A stretch of DNA of 64,000 nucleotides, taken from an uncultured Acidobacteriota bacterium (GTDB taxonomy: Bacteria > Acidobacteriota > Terriglobia > Acidiferrales > UBA7541). This document shows, in pieces, positions 18,252-27,592 of the stretch; the first letter of the stretch is position 1, and each line of letters begins with the position of its first letter. The DNA is taken from positions 400,778 through 464,777 of the forward strand of contig CAVTII010000015.1 of NCBI GenBank assembly GCA_963734705.1, given 5' to 3'. The translations under genes and the position numbers were made by a program. The notes beneath the pieces are model-generated. The model did not search any database, was not told the DNA's origin, and was given only the letters and a program-made list of their open reading frames with translations.

Positions 18252-18992
18252 TCAGCGCCATGCGCCAATGGTGTTCATCGAGTTGCTGTCGAATTTCGGA
18301 TCGGGAGATTTGACAATCCGAGCGTTCACGACCTTCTCTTCCGGAGTTATAAGACCCGAGACCATAACGATCCCTGAAATGCGAGCATTTCGCATTTCGG
18401 GGGGATAAGGGGGATTCGGCATGAAATAGCACTTCGGTGTAGAGATCCCATCCATACCCATGAAATAGAAAGGCCAACCAGAGGCCCCAGCACCCGCGGG
18501 GAGCGCCCCAATCGTGGATTTTTCCGGCTCAGAATAGGAGTCCTTGTACAATTCTTTTCCCGAGAGATCTTTCAAGCTGAACGACACGACCTGGTCGGAA
18601 TTCGTGGATTGAGCCGTGCCGAAGAGAACGGCATCCAGTTGGAATTGCGCCGCGAACTTGGAGAGTGCGGCGGGGTCAGTCAGAGAATAATCGGTCAAAT
18701 TGTTCTGCAATAGAAACGCGTGGGCGTCCGCGCGATTCTGCACGAAATACTTATGGGATTTTGTGGCGAGAAGCTTTGAAAAGGATGCCGCGAACATGGC
18801 TCCCGCGCCGGAGGGTTGGCCGGAAGCGTCGGGAAAGTCCGGGACGTAGATCCTTTTCAGATGTGCGGAATTGATAGATTTGGACAGTCGTTCGACGACG
18901 GGAGAGCGGTCTTGCGCGATGGTGGGATGAAGGGCAACGACTGCTAAGAAAATGACCAGCGGAATTGCGAGGAAGAAACGTGAAGGCAACAT
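18252..18992 (-). CDS. secreted protein with C-terminal TonB_C-like domain, cut 24 codons short by an in-frame TGA
   Basis: Signal peptide MLPSRFFLAIPLVIFLAVVAL. The TonB_C-like region is PNPPYPPEMRNARISGIVMVSGLITPEEKVVNARIV...NTIGAWR, then TGA, then in the same frame KPARDSKGEPVPVRVVFEITFDLY and TAA at 18177..18179. Confidence 0.7.
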   Translation of the reverse strand: MLPSRFFLAIPLVIFLAVVALHPTIAQDRSPVVERLSKSINSAHLKRIYVPDFPDASGQPSGAGAMFAASFSKLLATKSHKYFVQNRADAHAFLLQNNLTDYSLTDPAALSKFAAQFQLDAVLFGTAQSTNSDQVVSFSLKDLSGKELYKDSYSEPEKSTIGALPAGAGASGWPFYFMGMDGISTPKCYFMPNPPYPPEMRNARISGIVMVSGLITPEEKVVNARIVKSPDPKFDSNSMNTIGAWR

Positions 18993-19095
18993 CGCTCCGG
19001 GTTGGATTGAGTCGGAATCGGGAGTGAGTTTGGGGGAAGTTTAGATTAGTGTCAAGGAGGCTGGAGAGGCCAAACTGCGTGTTAGTCGGATGGAT

Positions 19096-19121
19096 GGCCG
19101 ACTTAAAAGTCGGCCAGTACA
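19096..19121 (+). repeat. REP family a (GGCCGACTTAAAAGTCGGCC + AGTACA)
   Basis: Hairpin plus tail, read directly from the sequence. Confidence 0.8.
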
Positions 19122-19152
19122 TTGGGAGGGGACGCCTACAACCACGGGGAGC

Positions 19153-19178
19153 GGCCCGCCACGGTCGGCGGGCCCTAC
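19153..19178 (+). repeat. REP family d (GGCCCGCC-ACGGTC-GGCGGGCC + CTAC)
   Basis: Identical to the copy at 48026..48051. Confidence 0.8.
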
Positions 19179-19210
19179 GTGGATGTGGTTTGGGACTTGG
19201 AATCGAAGAG

Positions 19211-19234
19211 GCTGGCATGAAAGCCAGCGCTACA
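19211..19234 (+). repeat. REP family c (GCTGGC-ATGAAA-GCCAGC + GCTACA)
   Basis: Copies lie at 36903, 37805 and 38750. Confidence 0.8.
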
Positions 19235-19358
19235 TTACGTCGGATTGAGCGTCGGCCGGCGCTGGATGGTGGCGGAGTGGGCTTCGGACTTGGGTGAAAG
19301 GGGTGTGTTAGAATGGGGGTTTAATGAGAGAGAGGAATTTGTGGTGAGCGAGACGGGG

Positions 19359-20522
19359 ATGGCGGAATTTCCAATTATCGAGAACACGAAGTTTGAGCCG
19401 GAGGATGAGTATATTCCGGTGCCGCACGTGGAGCCTGGGCCTCCTGCGTGGATGGACGGGAGCCTGCGGATCGGCATACATACTTCGATTTCTGGGAGTT
19501 ATCTGAACGCGCTGGAATCGGCGAAGAAGCTGGGGGCGAACGCGCTGCAGATTTTTTCGGCGAGCCCGCGGATGTGGCAGACAGCGAACGTGCGGATTCC
19601 AGAGTCGGATGTGAAGGCGTTTCGGGCGCGGCGGGAAGAGTTGGGGCTGGGTCCGCTGGTGATTCACGCGAATTATCTGATCAATCTGGCGGCGGGACAG
19701 CCGATGCTGCGGACGCGGTCGATCCAGGCGTTTCATGAAGAGTTGGTGCGCGGGCGGGAACTGGGCGCGGACTTTGTGGTGGTGCATCCGGGGGCGCGCG
19801 GAGAGTCGACCATCGAGCAGGCGATTTCGACGATTGTGGACAGCGTGAAGCAGGCGGCGCGGCGCGTGCCGCTGGGGAAGATGCGGATTTTGATTGAGAA
19901 CACCGCGGGGATGGGGACGGCGGTGGGGTCGCGGCTGGAAGAGGTGGCGGCGATTTTGTACGAATTGAATCGCGGCCAAGGGACGGCGGAAGGGGCAGCA
20001 CAACAGAATTCTACGGAAAACCGACCTGAAGGTCGGCCACTACAATACGCGGCTTGTTTGGACACGGCGCATTTGTTTGCGGCGGGGTATGACATCAAGA
20101 GCGAGGCGGGGTTCGAGCAGACTCTGGAGACGATTGACCGGATATTGGGATTGGAGAATGTACCGGTGTTCCACGTGAACGATTCGAAGATTCCGCTGGG
20201 TGGGCGCGTGGATCGTCACGAGAATATTGGGGATGGAAAGATCGGCGCGGAGGCGTTTGCGCGGATCTTGCGGGCGAAGCGACTGGGGAGCGCGGGGCCG
20301 GAGGGATTGGCGGGTCGGGCGTTCTTGCTGGAGACGCCGATTGATGATCCGGGCGACGACCGGAAGAATGTGGCGAAATTGTGGGCACTGGCGGGCCTGG
20401 AAGGGCCGGAGGCGGAGAAGGGATATTCGATGATGACGCCGGGGCTGAAGAAGATGATTGCGAAGGGGAAGAAGGCGAGTGCGCGGCATTTGCCGGCGGC
20501 GAAGAGTAAAAAGAAGAAGTAA
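19359..20522 (+). CDS. nfo: deoxyribonuclease IV (endonuclease IV) with internal repeat-derived insertion and Lys-rich tail
   Basis: Motifs: IGIHTSISGS, LQIFSASPRMW, VIHANYLINL, VVVHPG, ILIENTAG, CLDTAHLFAAGYD, VFHVNDS, DRHENIGDG. The start is uncertain (19359 or 19452). Confidence 0.85.
   Translation: MAEFPIIENTKFEPEDEYIPVPHVEPGPPAWMDGSLRIGIHTSISGSYLNALESAKKLGANALQIFSASPRMWQTANVRIPESDVKAFRARREELGLGPLVIHANYLINLAAGQPMLRTRSIQAFHEELVRGRELGADFVVVHPGARGESTIEQAISTIVDSVKQAARRVPLGKMRILIENTAGMGTAVGSRLEEVAAILYELNRGQGTAEGAAQQNSTENRPEGRPLQYAACLDTAHLFAAGYDIKSEAGFEQTLETIDRILGLENVPVFHVNDSKIPLGGRVDRHENIGDGKIGAEAFARILRAKRLGSAGPEGLAGRAFLLETPIDDPGDDRKNVAKLWALAGLEGPEAEKGYSMMTPGLKKMIAKGKKASARHLPAAKSKKKK
20021..20044 (+). 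repeat. REP family a copy inside the nfo coding sequence
   Basis: CCGACCTGAAGGTCGGCCACTACA is read in frame as RPEGRPLQY. Confidence 0.8.
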
Positions 20523-20601
20523 GGAAGCAAGGAGATGGCAGGAGTTTGCACGCAGTTCGCGTAATTCGTGATGCGATGAGTTGTTCGGGGGATCGTTGGT
20601 A

Positions 20602-20684
20602 GCCACGGTCCCTCCGCTCCGCAGCCGGCGCGCCGAAATGCGGCGCGCAAGAAAAGACCGGCTGCTTCGGTCGGGATGACGGGG
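20602..20684 (+). repeat. interspersed repeat GCCACGGTCCCTCCGCT-[hairpin]-TTCGGTCGGGATGAC
   Basis: Shared ends with the copies at 23691, 30908 and 31051. The internal hairpin differs between copies. Confidence 0.7.
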
Positions 20685-20770
20685 TTGGGGGCCTGAGGCG
20701 TGAAAGAATTTTGGCAGGTTGGGTGGGGGCTTAGGCCCCCACTTCGTTAAGAGGCGGAGGCGGACGAGAC

Positions 20771-23617
20771 GTGGGGGACTACAAGCCGCAGGAGATTGAG
20801 GCGAAGTGGCAGAAGCGGTGGGAAGAGAACCGCGTATTTGAGGCGGAAGCGGAAGTGGGGGAGCGGCAGCCTGCGGCTGGTGCCGGGGAGAGTGCGGACA
20901 AGATTTCGGAGAAGACTGCGGAGAAGAGGTCGGAGGAGCCCGGTTCGAAAGGCGAACCTGGGGCTCAGGCTGGCCGGCCCTTCGTAGCTCAGGGTAAACA
21001 AGATGCAGGCGCTACCAAGAGGAAATATTATGTGCTGGAGATGCTGCCGTATCCTTCGGGGACGCTGCATATGGGGCACATGCGCAACTACACAATTGGG
21101 GACGTGGTTGCGCGGGTAAAGAGAATGCGCGGGTACAACGTGCTGCACCCGATGGGGTGGGACGCGTTTGGCCTGCCGGCAGAAAATGCGGCGATCAAGA
21201 ACCACACGCATCCGCGTGTGTGGACCAATAAAAACATTGCGGAATTTCAGAGGGTGCTGCGGCGCTTCGGGTTCAGTTATGACTGGCGGCGGGAAATTTC
21301 CACGTGCGAGCCGGAATATTACCGGTGGAACCAATGGTTTTTCCTGCGCATGCTGGAGCGGGGGATTGCGTACAAGAAAAAGAGCCGGGTGAACTGGTGT
21401 CCGAAATGCTGCACGGTGCTGGCGAACGAGCAGGTGGTGAACGGGGGATATTGCTGGCGGCATGAAGATACGCGCGTGGAAGCGCGGGAGATTGAGCAGT
21501 GGTTTTTGAAGATCACGGCGTATGCGGAGCAGTTGCTGGAGGATCTGAAGCAGTTGGAGGGTGCGTGGCCGGATCGCGTGATCGCGATGCAGAGGAATTG
21601 GATTGGGAAGTCGGTGGGGGCGAAGGTTTGGTTTGCGATAGAAGGGGAAAAGAGTTTCATCACAGAGGACACGGAGGGCACAGAGAAGGAAGGGAAGAGG
21701 CGGATTGAGATTTTTACTACGCGGATTGACACGATTTATGGGGCTAGCGCGATTATTTTGGCGCCGAATCATCCGATGGTGGTGGGGTTGGTGGGGGCCG
21801 CAGTGGCGGATCCGGAGGCCGACCTGAAGGTCGGCCACTACACTTCGGAGGGGCGAGCTGCGAAGTTGGGGGCGATGAAGGCGTCTTCGGTTAAGGCGGA
21901 GGATATTGCTACTGCGGAGAAGGATGGGTTTTTTACGGGGCGGTATGCGATCAATCCGTTTAGTCGGGAGCGGGTGCCCATTTGGGTGGGAAATTTTGTG
22001 CTGATGGAGTATGGGACCGGGGCGATTATGGCGGTGCCGGCGCATGATGAGCGGGATAACGAGTTTGCGGTGAATTTTGGGTTGCGGATTCCGGTGGTGG
22101 TGGCAGAAGAGAAGAACAGAAAACCTAACGCAGAGACGCTGAGGGCACAGAGTTCCGCGGAGGAAGAAACCCCAAGAGCACAGGAAGGAGTGCCTGTGCC
22201 ACATTTGTTTACGGAGTATGGGTATAGCGTGAATTCGGGTAAGTATTCGGGGTTGCGGTCGGAAGAGGCGATTGAGCGGATGGCGGCGGATGGGGAGGCC
22301 GGCGGATTTGGGAAGAAGGAGACGATTTTTCGTCTGCGGGATTGGGGAATTTCGCGGCAAAGATATTGGGGCACGCCGATCCCGGTGATTTATTGCGACA
22401 AGGATGGGATGGTGCCGGTGCCGGATGACCAGTTGCCCGTGGTGCTGCCGGCGAATCCGAAGTTGACGGGGGAAGGGCAGTCTCCGCTGGCAACGGATCC
22501 GGACTTTGTGAATGTGAAATGCCCGAAGTGCGGCGGGCCGGCGCGGCGCGATGCGGATACGATGGACACGTTTGTGGATTCGTCGTGGTATTTCTACCGG
22601 TACACGGATGCGAAAAACGATCGGGCGCCGTTTGATCCGGCGAAAGCGGGATATTGGTTTCCGATTGACCAGTATATCGGCGGGATCACGCACGCGATTC
22701 TGCACCTGCTCTATTCGAGGTTCTGGTGCAAAGTGATGCGAGATCTGGGATTGGTGAAGCACGACGAGCCGATTGCGCGGCTGTTTACGCAGGGAATGGT
22801 GCAAAAGGGCGGCGTGGCGATGTCGAAATCGCGCGGGAATGTGGTGGGCGCGGAAGAGATGGCGGAGAAGTATGGGGCGGATACGGGGAGAATTTATACA
22901 CTGTTTGCGGCGCCGCCGGAGAAGGATCTGGAGTGGAGCGAAGAGAGTATTGAGGGTGCGTGGAGGTTTTTGAATCGGGTATATCGAGTTATCGACAAGC
23001 ATGCGGGCTCCGCGAGAGAAGTGGCGAGTGGCGAGTGGCGGGTGGCGAGTGAAGAGAAAAAGGATAACGCAGAGACGCTGAGCGCGCAGAGGTTCGCAGA
23101 GAAAGAGAAGTGGACGGAGAAGGAGAAGGGGTTGCTGCGGAAGGCGCACCAGACTTTGCGGAGGGTGACGCAGGATTTTGAGGGGCGGTGGCATTTTAAT
23201 TCGGCGATTGCGCAGATTATGGAATTGGTGAATGCGATTTATGCGGCGGAGCCGCTGGAAGAGGGCGTGCGGGCGGTGGTACGGAAGGAAGTGCTGGAGT
23301 TGGTGACGCTGATGCTGGCGCCGATGACGCCGCATCTGGCGGAAGAGTTGTGGGAGAAGCTGGGGCATGCGAATGGGTTGTGGACCGTGGGATGGCCGGA
23401 GTTTAATGCGGATTTGGCGAAACAGGATGAGGTGGAAATTCCGGTGCAGGTGAATGGAAAGGTGCGGGCGCGGCTGACGGTGCCGGCGGGGTCGGGGCAG
23501 GATGTGGTGATGGAGAAGGCGATGGCGGATGCGGTGGTGAAGGGGTATTTGGCGGGGAAGACGGTGCGGAAGGTGATTTTTGTGGGGGATAAGATGTTGA
23601 ATTTGGTGGTGGGGTAG
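20771..23617 (+). CDS. leuS: leucine--tRNA ligase
   Basis: Motifs: [47 protein letters not shown], the KMSKS motif as VAMSKSRGN, and the editing (CP1) domain. GTG start. It contains several repeat-derived in-frame segments. Confidence 0.95.
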   Translation: MGDYKPQEIEAKWQKRWEENRVFEAEAEVGERQPAAGAGESADKISEKTAEKRSEEPGSKGEPGAQAGRPFVAQGKQDAGATKRKYYVLEMLPYPSGTLHMGHMRNYTIGDVVARVKRMRGYNVLHPMGWDAFGLPAENAAIKNHTHPRVWTNKNIAEFQRVLRRFGFSYDWRREISTCEPEYYRWNQWFFLRMLERGIAYKKKSRVNWCPKCCTVLANEQVVNGGYCWRHEDTRVEAREIEQWFLKITAYAEQLLEDLKQLEGAWPDRVIAMQRNWIGKSVGAKVWFAIEGEKSFITEDTEGTEKEGKRRIEIFTTRIDTIYGASAIILAPNHPMVVGLVGAAVADPEADLKVGHYTSEGRAAKLGAMKASSVKAEDIATAEKDGFFTGRYAINPFSRERVPIWVGNFVLMEYGTGAIMAVPAHDERDNEFAVNFGLRIPVVVAEEKNRKPNAETLRAQSSAEEETPRAQEGVPVPHLFTEYGYSVNSGKYSGLRSEEAIERMAADGEAGGFGKKETIFRLRDWGISRQRYWGTPIPVIYCDKDGMVPVPDDQLPVVLPANPKLTGEGQSPLATDPDFVNVKCPKCGGPARRDADTMDTFVDSSWYFYRYTDAKNDRAPFDPAKAGYWFPIDQYIGGITHAILHLLYSRFWCKVMRDLGLVKHDEPIARLFTQGMVQKGGVAMSKSRGNVVGAEEMAEKYGADTGRIYTLFAAPPEKDLEWSEESIEGAWRFLNRVYRVIDKHAGSAREVASGEWRVASEEKKDNAETLSAQRFAEKEKWTEKEKGLLRKAHQTLRRVTQDFEGRWHFNSAIAQIMELVNAIYAAEPLEEGVRAVVRKEVLELVTLMLAPMTPHLAEELWEKLGHANGLWTVGWPEFNADLAKQDEVEIPVQVNGKVRARLTVPAGSGQDVVMEKAMADAVVKGYLAGKTVRKVIFVGDKMLNLVVG
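20968..21016 (+). repeat. composite repeat ...CCCTTCGTAGCTCAGGGTAAACAAGATGCAGGCGCTACC inside leuS
   Basis: The same unit occurs intergenically at 28383..28425, 29812..29855 and 41475..41521. Confidence 0.8.
21817..21842 (+). repeat. REP family a copy inside leuS
   Basis: GGCCGACCTGAAGGTCGGCCACTACA is read as ADLKVGHYT. Confidence 0.85.
22178..22202 (+). repeat. REP-like hairpin (GCACAGG-AAGGAGT-GCCTGTGC + CAC) inside leuS
   Basis: Same as 5153. It is preceded by ACCCCAAGA and a CACAGAG module, as in the intergenic composites. Confidence 0.8.
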
Positions 23618-23690
23618 GAAACGCCTTTACCGCGGAGGGAGCGGAGAGTTGGGAGAAGCGGCCGGCGTGTTGTGGCTGGGTTGGTTGGGT

Positions 23691-23747
23691 GCCACGGTCC
23701 CTCCGCTGCGAGTCGCAGAAGGCGCGACTCTCCGGTCGGGATGACAG
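23691..23747 (+). repeat. interspersed repeat GCCACGGTCCCTCCGCT-[hairpin]-TCCGGTCGGGATGACAG
   Basis: Same family as 20602. Confidence 0.7.
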
Positions 23748-23840
23748 ATGGGGAGAAGATTGGAAGAGAAAGTATTAACACCGAGAACACAGGGGCGGAG
23801 CACAGAGGGCACGGAGAAGCGGGGAGCGGAGGAAGAGTAA

Positions 23841-23873
23841 CCCAAGAGGGGCACGATTTATCGTGCCCCTACA
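23841..23873 (+). repeat. REP family b
   Basis: CCCAAGAGGGGCACGATTTATCGTGCCCCTACA. Confidence 0.85.
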
Positions 23874-23960
23874 TGTTTGCGGATGGCGTTAACCGGTGCG
23901 CGGAGTGGGTGGTTAGAATCGGTGGGGATGCGAGGTGCGGGGATGGAAGGGACGTCGAAG

Positions 23961-25547
23961 ATGGCGCAGAGTGAGGCGAAGGGGATGCTGAAGACGGAGC
24001 GGGGCGGGATTGTGGTGCTGGATTTTGGGGGGCAGTATACGCAATTGATTGCGCGGCGGGTGCGGGAGCAGCAGGTGTTCAGCGCGGTGTTGCCGTGCAC
24101 GAGTTCGGTGGAAGAGATTCGGAGGCACGAGCCGGCGGGAATTATTCTGTCGGGTGGGCCGAGTTCGGTGTACGACAAGGACGCACCGGTGTGCGATGCC
24201 GCAGTGTTGGCGCAGGGGATTCCTGTCCTGGGGATTTGTTATGGAATGCAGTGGATGGCGAAGAATCTGGGCGGGAAAGTTGAGCCGGTGCAGCGGCGGG
24301 AGTACGGACCGGCGCAATTCAATATGGAAAGGGCGGAGAGCCATATCCTGGGCGGGCTGCCGGAGACTCTGAAGATCTGGGCGAGCCACGGGGACAACGT
24401 GCTGGCGCTTCCGCCGGGATTTCATTTGACAGGGAAGACGGCGAACGCGATTGCATCGGCGGAAGATCCGAAGCGGAAGATGTACGCGGTGCAATTCCAT
24501 CCGGAAGTGAATCACACGGATCACGGAACGGAGATCCTGCGGAATTTTCTGTTTCGCGTGTGCAACGCGGAGCCGAAGTGGAGTGGGAAGGCGTTCATTG
24601 CAGAGACGGTGGAGGCGATCCGCGCGAAGGTGGGAACACATCACGCGATTTGCGGGTTGAGCGGCGGGGTGGACTCAACGGTGGCGGCGGTGCTGGTGCA
24701 TCGCGCGATGGGCGACCGGCTGACGAATATTTTCGTGAACACCGGGCTGCTGCGCAAGAATGAGTTTGAACACACGCTGGAGATGTACCGCGAGCGACTG
24801 GGGCTGCGGGTGATCGGCGTGGACGCGACGGAGCATTTCCTGGGGAAGCTGGAGGGCGTGAGCGACCCGGAGCAGAAGCGGAAGATTATTGGACGTGAAT
24901 TCATCACGATTTTTGCGGCAGAAGCGGAGAAGCTGCAGAAAAGCGCGTCGGGGGATATCAAGTTTCTGGTGCAGGGGACGCTGTATCCGGATGTGATCGA
25001 ATCGGTGTCCGTGAAGGGGCCGTCGGCGACAATCAAGTCGCATCACAATGTGGGCGGACTGCCGGAGAATATGCCGTTCGCGCTGGTGGAACCGCTGCGG
25101 GATTTATTTAAGGATGAAGTGCGGCGGATTGGAAAAGACTTAGGATTGCCGGAAGAGATTCTGGTGAAGCACCCATTCCCGGGGCCGGGGCTGGCGGTGC
25201 GGCTGCTTGGCGCGATCACAAAAAAAGATCTGGAGACGCTGCGGGACGCGGACGCGATTGTGGTGGAAGAGATCCGGCGGGCGGGACTGTACGAAAAGGT
25301 GTGGCAGGCGTTTGCGGTGCTGCTGCCGGTGCGCAGCGTGGGTGTGATGGGAGATGGGCGGACGTACGGACTTACGGTGGCGGTGCGCGTAGTGCAGTCG
25401 GATGACGCGATGACGGCGGACTGGGTGAGGTTGCCGGGGGATGTGCTGGAGCGGATGTCGACACGGATTGTGAATGAGGTGAGTGGGGTGACGCGGGTGG
25501 TGTATGACGTGAGTAGTAAGCCGCCTAGTACGATTGAGTGGGAGTAG
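23961..25547 (+). CDS. guaA: GMP synthase (glutamine-hydrolysing)
   Basis: GATase: [34 protein letters not shown]-PPase P-loop: [11 protein letters not shown]-terminal PPSTIEWE. Start chosen at MAQSE (23961); the ORF is open from 23877. Confidence 0.95.
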   Translation: MAQSEAKGMLKTERGGIVVLDFGGQYTQLIARRVREQQVFSAVLPCTSSVEEIRRHEPAGIILSGGPSSVYDKDAPVCDAAVLAQGIPVLGICYGMQWMAKNLGGKVEPVQRREYGPAQFNMERAESHILGGLPETLKIWASHGDNVLALPPGFHLTGKTANAIASAEDPKRKMYAVQFHPEVNHTDHGTEILRNFLFRVCNAEPKWSGKAFIAETVEAIRAKVGTHHAICGLSGGVDSTVAAVLVHRAMGDRLTNIFVNTGLLRKNEFEHTLEMYRERLGLRVIGVDATEHFLGKLEGVSDPEQKRKIIGREFITIFAAEAEKLQKSASGDIKFLVQGTLYPDVIESVSVKGPSATIKSHHNVGGLPENMPFALVEPLRDLFKDEVRRIGKDLGLPEEILVKHPFPGPGLAVRLLGAITKKDLETLRDADAIVVEEIRRAGLYEKVWQAFAVLLPVRSVGVMGDGRTYGLTVAVRVVQSDDAMTADWVRLPGDVLERMSTRIVNEVSGVTRVVYDVSSKPPSTIEWE

Positions 25548-25620
25548 GGGGGAGGAAGTCGACAGTCTGCAGCTGACAGATTATAGCTAAGAGAAGAGGG
25601 GAGCGAAAGGTTGGGCGCTT

Positions 25621-25685
25621 GATCGTAAGAGCCCACCCTTTCCGCAGAAGGCGCGGAAAGGGTGGGGCACCCTCAAGTTCATTTG
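25621..25685 (+). repeat. interspersed repeat, same family as 5027
   Basis: GATCGTAAGAGCCCACCCTT...AAAGGGTGGGGCACCCTCAAGTTCATTT. Confidence 0.75.
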
Positions 25686-25881
25686 AGTGAGAGATTTGGG
25701 TCGGCGAGAGGCGGGAACTGGCGGGGCTGGGAAGAGTGAATATGGAGTGGAATCGCGAGCACGGGATTAAAGGTTTCTAATGTTGCAGGGCAGAGAAAAA
25801 GGAAAAGCCGCTCACGGCTGGAGTGGAGCGGCTCCTTTGGGCGATTAGTTGTCTCTACGCGGGCGGGGCGTGGACTGCAAG

Positions 25882-26253
25882 CTAGCGATTGGCCATTTTC
25901 TGCGCCATATACAGCAGCAGCTTGCGATCCTCGTCGTCGGCCTTGCTCAGCAAGCGGCGAAGCTTGTTGAGATAGCGAGCCTCTTTCCCGGAAGTGCCCC
26001 AGGCGATGTCGTCAGACGACTTGCGCTTGGGGAGATTCGGGAGTTGAGGAGGCTCTTCGCCGTCGTAGAAGAGTTGATAAAGTGGGCATTCGAGAGCGCG
26101 CGCCAGTTTTTCCAACGTCTCAATGGCAGGAACGGTATGGCCGTTCTCGACACGAGAGATATAACAACGAAGGAGACCAGTGCGCTTCTCGATATCACCC
26201 TGGGAGAGTTTCTTTTCTTCGCGCAGAGCGCGAAGACGGTCGCCGATAATCAT
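25882..26253 (-). CDS. XRE-family helix-turn-helix transcriptional regulator
   Basis: IGDRLRALREEKKLSQGDIEKRTGLLRCYISRVENGHTVPAIETLEKLARAL. Confidence 0.85.
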   Translation of the reverse strand: MIIGDRLRALREEKKLSQGDIEKRTGLLRCYISRVENGHTVPAIETLEKLARALECPLYQLFYDGEEPPQLPNLPKRKSSDDIAWGTSGKEARYLNKLRRLLSKADDEDRKLLLYMAQKMANR

Positions 26254-26377
26254 GGGTGGAGTATTCCATAAAGAGTACCGGGTAGCAAGTCGAAACTAGC
26301 AAGAAATGTGGATAACTGGGGAGTAGGGGTGGGCGCTGGGGTGGACACGGAAAGGGAAATAGCGTAACCAAATACAT

Positions 26378-27037
26378 ATGGCACGCGTCCCAAAAACAGA
26401 GGCTTTGGCCCTGCCGGAGATGGGGAAACCCCGGGCGGCGGGCGCTGGGGCGGCTCTCCGGGCCGAAGAGGACAGGGAGCTGGTCAGGCGGGCCCAGAAG
26501 GAGGACAAGCAGGCGTTTGAGGCCCTGGTGATGCGCCACCAAAGCCGGGTTTTCGCGGTTGCGGGAGGAATCCTAAGGAACCGCGAGGACGTGGAAGACA
26601 TCGCGCAGCAGGTATTCCTGAAGGCTTATTTTTCGATAAAGCGATTCGATCAAAGAGCGGCGTTTAGCACGTGGTTGTATAAGATAACGGTGAACGAATG
26701 CTGGGATTTGCTGCGGAAGAAGAAGGTGCGGCCACTGGTGTTTGAAGCGGAGTTGAGCGAAGAGCAGGCGCAGACGTACCAGGCCTCGTCGGAGCAGTCC
26801 GACGGGCGGCCGGATACGAGCGAGCGGCTGGCGACCCAGGAACAAGTGGAAGAGATGATGAGCTGCCTGGACGAGCGGGACCGCACAATGCTGGTGCTGA
26901 AGGAAGTGCAAGGGTTTTCGGTGGAAGAGATCGCGGAGATCATGGAGATTAACGCGAACACGGTGAAGGTGAGGTTGTTCCGGGCGCGGCAGAAGATCAC
27001 GGAGCGAGCGAGAAGGAAACGGGGACCACAACGATAG
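26378..27037 (+). CDS. ECF (sigma-70 family) RNA polymerase sigma factor
   Basis: Region 2: FEALVMRHQSRVFAVAGGILRNREDVEDIAQQVFLKAY...FSTWLYKITVNECWDLLR. Region 4: VLKEVQGFSVEEIAEIMEINANTVKVRLFRARQK. Confidence 0.9.
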   Translation: MARVPKTEALALPEMGKPRAAGAGAALRAEEDRELVRRAQKEDKQAFEALVMRHQSRVFAVAGGILRNREDVEDIAQQVFLKAYFSIKRFDQRAAFSTWLYKITVNECWDLLRKKKVRPLVFEAELSEEQAQTYQASSEQSDGRPDTSERLATQEQVEEMMSCLDERDRTMLVLKEVQGFSVEEIAEIMEINANTVKVRLFRARQKITERARRKRGPQR

Positions 27038-27088
27038 AGAGAAAAGCGGGCCAAACAGGATACGGGCTGAAAAAGAGGTAACGGAAAC

Positions 27089-27592
27089 ATGGGCAACTTG
27101 TTGCAGCGGGAAAATGAAAATTGCGGGCGGTTCCGGGATGCGCTGGATGCGCTGCCGTTGGGTGAGAGTCCGCGGAGAAGCGCCGGAGAATGGCGCGCGA
27201 AATTGCCGGAAGCGGAAGCGCGGCATGGCGCCGAGTGCGCGGCGTGCCTGACGGCGCTGGAGGAGTTTGCGGAGACTCGGAATTTGGTGGCGGGTATGCC
27301 GCTGGCGCAGCCGGGGCCGTGGTTCACGGCGCGGGTGATGGCGGCGATTAACGCTCGTGAACGCGAAGAGGAAACTCGTGATGGCGTGTGGATCAGCGTG
27401 CGGAGACTGGCGCCGCGGATGGTGGCGTTCAACGCGCTGCTGCTGATTCTGGGAGGAAGCTGGGCGGTGCAGCAGCAAAGCAACGATACGGCAACCGTGG
27501 ACCGGCGCACCGGAGACGTGGTGTTTGACTCGCCGGGGGCGCCGACGTGGTATGACGATGGATTGAACACCATGAACGAGGTACGGCCGTGA
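27089..27592 (+). CDS. putative anti-sigma factor (zf-HC2-like N-terminus, one TM)
   Basis: It lies immediately downstream of the ECF sigma gene. It has H...C..C (HGAECAACLTALEEF) and a TM segment MVAFNALLLILGGSWAV. Confidence 0.6.
   Translation: MGNLLQRENENCGRFRDALDALPLGESPRRSAGEWRAKLPEAEARHGAECAACLTALEEFAETRNLVAGMPLAQPGPWFTARVMAAINAREREEETRDGVWISVRRLAPRMVAFNALLLILGGSWAVQQQSNDTATVDRRTGDVVFDSPGAPTWYDDGLNTMNEVRP

Noticed and set aside
18252-18254. Selenocysteine recoding of the in-frame TGA in the TonB_C gene.
   Set aside because: There is no convincing SECIS-like stem-loop directly downstream. The position is normally an aromatic or hydrophobic structural residue, not a redox site, and no sel genes are in the window.
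20747-23368. 873-aa ORF antisense to leuS. Similar long antisense ORFs occur at 3706..5055, 8272..9555, 9826..11103, 19308..20003, 26573..27655, 13880..14896 and 42170..44155.
   Set aside because: These are shadow ORFs typical of GC-rich DNA. Their products are Arg/Pro/His/Leu-rich with no motifs, and each lies opposite a gene with unmistakable conserved motifs.
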